From Bacilli bacterium (GTDB taxonomy: Bacteria; Bacillota_I; Bacilli_A; RF39; UBA660): DNA of 38,836 nt. The stretch lies in the NCBI GenBank assembly GCA_051893155.1, contig JBJFGY010000077.1:1-38836 (forward strand). The letters run 5' to 3'. A model generated the notes under the pieces. That model was not told the DNA's origin. It searched no databases and saw nothing but the letters and a program-made list of their open reading frames with translations. The first letter of the stretch is position 1, and each line of letters begins with the position of its first letter. This document shows, piece by piece, positions 37,209-38,836 of the stretch. A program made the position numbers and the translations under genes.

Positions 37209-37230
37209 ATAACTTCGCCTCCTAATAATT

Positions 37231-37330
37231 AAAAAGGTGGATATATTCTATCCACCTTAAAAGCACTAAAATAATTCTTGGCCTTTTTACCTATCAACTT
37301 TAGTCGATCAGGTGGATATTAATCTCTTTC
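37231..37330 (-). promoter_or_regulatory. L20 leader attenuator
   Basis: ACCTGATCGAC-taaa-GTTGATAGGT hairpin and terminator AAGGTGGATA/TATCCACCTT+T. An upstream ATATCCACCT copy could act as antiterminator. Promoter TTGACA(37376-37371)-17-TAAACT. Confidence 0.85.
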
Positions 37331-37384
37331 CTTCTTTAACTAACAATAGTTTACTATTAATTTATATGCTTGTCAAGAAAAAAT

Positions 37385-38422
37385 TTATTCAACATTTTTT
37401 TCTTTTTTTACCTTATCTACTTTAAAACCAAAATGCTCTCTTATTTTATTTTCAAGTTCATTAGTTAGACTAGGATTATTTTTTAAATATGTTTTAACAT
37501 TTTCTTTTCCTTGACCAATTTTTTCGCCATTATATGAATACCAAGCACCACTTTTTTCAATTATATTAATGTCACTTGCTAAATCAATTATTTCTCCTTC
37601 TCTGGAAATTCCTTCTCCATACATTATATCAACACTAGCAGTTCTAAATGGTGGAGAAACTTTATTTTTAACTACTTTTATATTAACCTTATTCCCAATA
37701 ACAGTATCTCCTGATTTAATTTGTTCGCCTTTTCTAATATCTAGTCTAACGCTTGAATAAAACTTAAGTGCTCTACCACCAGGTGTAGTTTCAGGATTAC
37801 CAAATAAAATTCCAACTTTTTCTCTTAATTGGTTAATAAAAATGCATGTTGTTTTAGATTTATTCATATTACCAGATAGTTTTCTTAATGCTTGACTCAT
37901 TAGTCTTGCTTGAAGTCCAACATGTGAATCACCCATTTCACCATCAATTTCTGCTTGAGGTACAAGTGCTGCAACTGAATCTATTACAATTAAATCTACT
38001 GCTTCACTTTTTACTAAGGCATCACAAATTTCCAATGCTTGTTCTCCCGTATCAGGTTGACTTAATAATAAATTATTAATATTAACACCTAAATTTTTGG
38101 CATAAACTGGGTCTAATGCATGTTCTGCATCAATAAATGCCGCTCTACCACCCTTTTTTTGTACTTCCGCAATAGCCTGAAGAGCAATAGTAGTTTTACC
38201 ACTACTTTCTGGTCCAAATATTTCAATTATTCTTCCAACTGGAAAACCACCAACACCTAAAGCAATATCAAGGGAAAGTGAACCAGATGATGTAGTATCA
38301 ATTTCAATATGTTCCTCATCACCTAAACACATTATAGCGCCTTTACCAAACTGTTTTTCAATATCTGCTAATACCTGTTCTAGTACCTTATCTTTATTCT
38401 TTTCATCTTTTGTAATTTTCAT
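37385..38422 (-). CDS. recA: Recombinase RecA
   Basis: [36 protein letters not shown] and GGRALKFY motifs. Confidence 0.99.
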   Translation of the reverse strand: MKITKDEKNKDKVLEQVLADIEKQFGKGAIMCLGDEEHIEIDTTSSGSLSLDIALGVGGFPVGRIIEIFGPESSGKTTIALQAIAEVQKKGGRAAFIDAEHALDPVYAKNLGVNINNLLLSQPDTGEQALEICDALVKSEAVDLIVIDSVAALVPQAEIDGEMGDSHVGLQARLMSQALRKLSGNMNKSKTTCIFINQLREKVGILFGNPETTPGGRALKFYSSVRLDIRKGEQIKSGDTVIGNKVNIKVVKNKVSPPFRTASVDIMYGEGISREGEIIDLASDINIIEKSGAWYSYNGEKIGQGKENVKTYLKNNPSLTNELENKIREHFGFKVDKVKKEKNVE

Positions 38423-38505
38423 TTATTCTCCTTACTAAAACTCTGACACTATAATTTTATCTTATTAAAACTTAATTGTAAATATTATTTTGTCATCGCA
38501 ATTTT

Positions 38506-38547
38506 ATTATAAAACATTATTTTTATATTGTCAAGAACATTTGTTTG
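38506..38547 (-). promoter_or_regulatory. recA promoter with an abutting LexA (Cheo) box
   Basis: Perfect TTGACA(38534-38529)-17-TATAAT(38511-38506). AGAAC-ATTT-GTTTG (38534-38547) resembles GAAC-N4-GTTC. Confidence 0.8.
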
Positions 38548-38621
38548 CTTTCAGTAAAATAGAATAAATTTTTTCGCAATCAGATTTGTTATAATAAATA
38601 TAATAAAGGTGGTTGTAGTAA

Positions 38622-38836
38622 ATGAGAATAACAAGAAAAATGAGAAGAGAAAGAAAAAACTCAGTAAACCCATTGGAAGAATTATTAATAATAATGAAAC
38701 AATATTTTCCAAAACTAACCAATTGGATTGAAAATTTAACTGATACAAGACATCAATCTTATATAACTTATGATTTTAAAATATGTTTATTAACTCAAAT
38801 TCTAGCTTTTTGTTCTAGTTATCAATCGATGAATAA
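38622..38836 (+). mobile_element. 5' part of an IS transposase (DDE_Tnp_1-associated/ISAs1-like N-terminus), running off the window
   Basis: Open frame after an AAGGTGG RBS: MRITRKMRRERKNSVNPLEELLIIMKQYFPKLTNWIENLTDTRHQSYITYDFKICLLTQILAFC. The L.D.R....Y motif is typical of this domain. Absent from the ORF track because it has no stop in the window. Confidence 0.7.

Noticed and set aside
4271-38079. Short ORFs overlapping conserved genes (e.g. 4271-4624, 7669-7902, 8848-9060, 10146-10379, 14485-14724, 16393-16701, 22826-23218, 23747-23929, 27381-27629, 32444-32635, 34835-35077, 37569-37760)
   Set aside because: Shadow frames of well-supported genes, with no RBS or recognisable motifs.
38531-38748. 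Two minus-strand ORFs upstream of recA
   Set aside because: They are antisense to the transposase-like plus-strand frame, which has an RBS and a family motif.
1-38836. Complete local DGR cassette (TR, avd, RT)
   Set aside because: By eye there is no second copy of the VR, no AAC-rich template and no ORF with RT motifs in the window.

Overview
Very AT-rich chromosomal segment from a small-genome Firmicute. The gene content and style suggest an uncultured gut Bacilli lineage such as RF39 (inference only). It uses standard genetic code 11. Most genes are on the minus strand. Housekeeping blocks: nfo; parE-parC; rimP-ylxR-nusA-infB-rbfA-truB; ruvA-ruvB; rpmB; ftsA-ftsZ; infC-rpmI-rplT with an L20 leader; recA with a LexA box. 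Sporulation genes: spoIIGA-sigE, a displaced sigG, ylbD/ylbE and a yqfT-like gene, several with recognisable stage-specific promoters. Surface genes: a type IV pilin, a six-gene Tad locus, a sortase with a likely substrate, and a 741-aa exported protein. An IS transposase begins at the right edge. Four observations stand out. (1) Two tandem ~50-nt H-type pseudoknots with compensatory base changes lie between a promoter and a terminator (22089-22187). They resemble a type III (CptI-like) antitoxin RNA, but there is no toxin gene. (2) The last ~120 nt of the 741-aa gene carry the codon signature of a diversity-generating retroelement (DGR) variable region, with no template repeat or reverse transcriptase in the window. 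(3) A ~180-nt structured element converges on the 3' end of that gene. (4) A Fic/Doc gene inactivated by one in-frame TAG sits between 19-bp direct repeats. All calls were made by eye and from recalled family motifs. No database searches were run.
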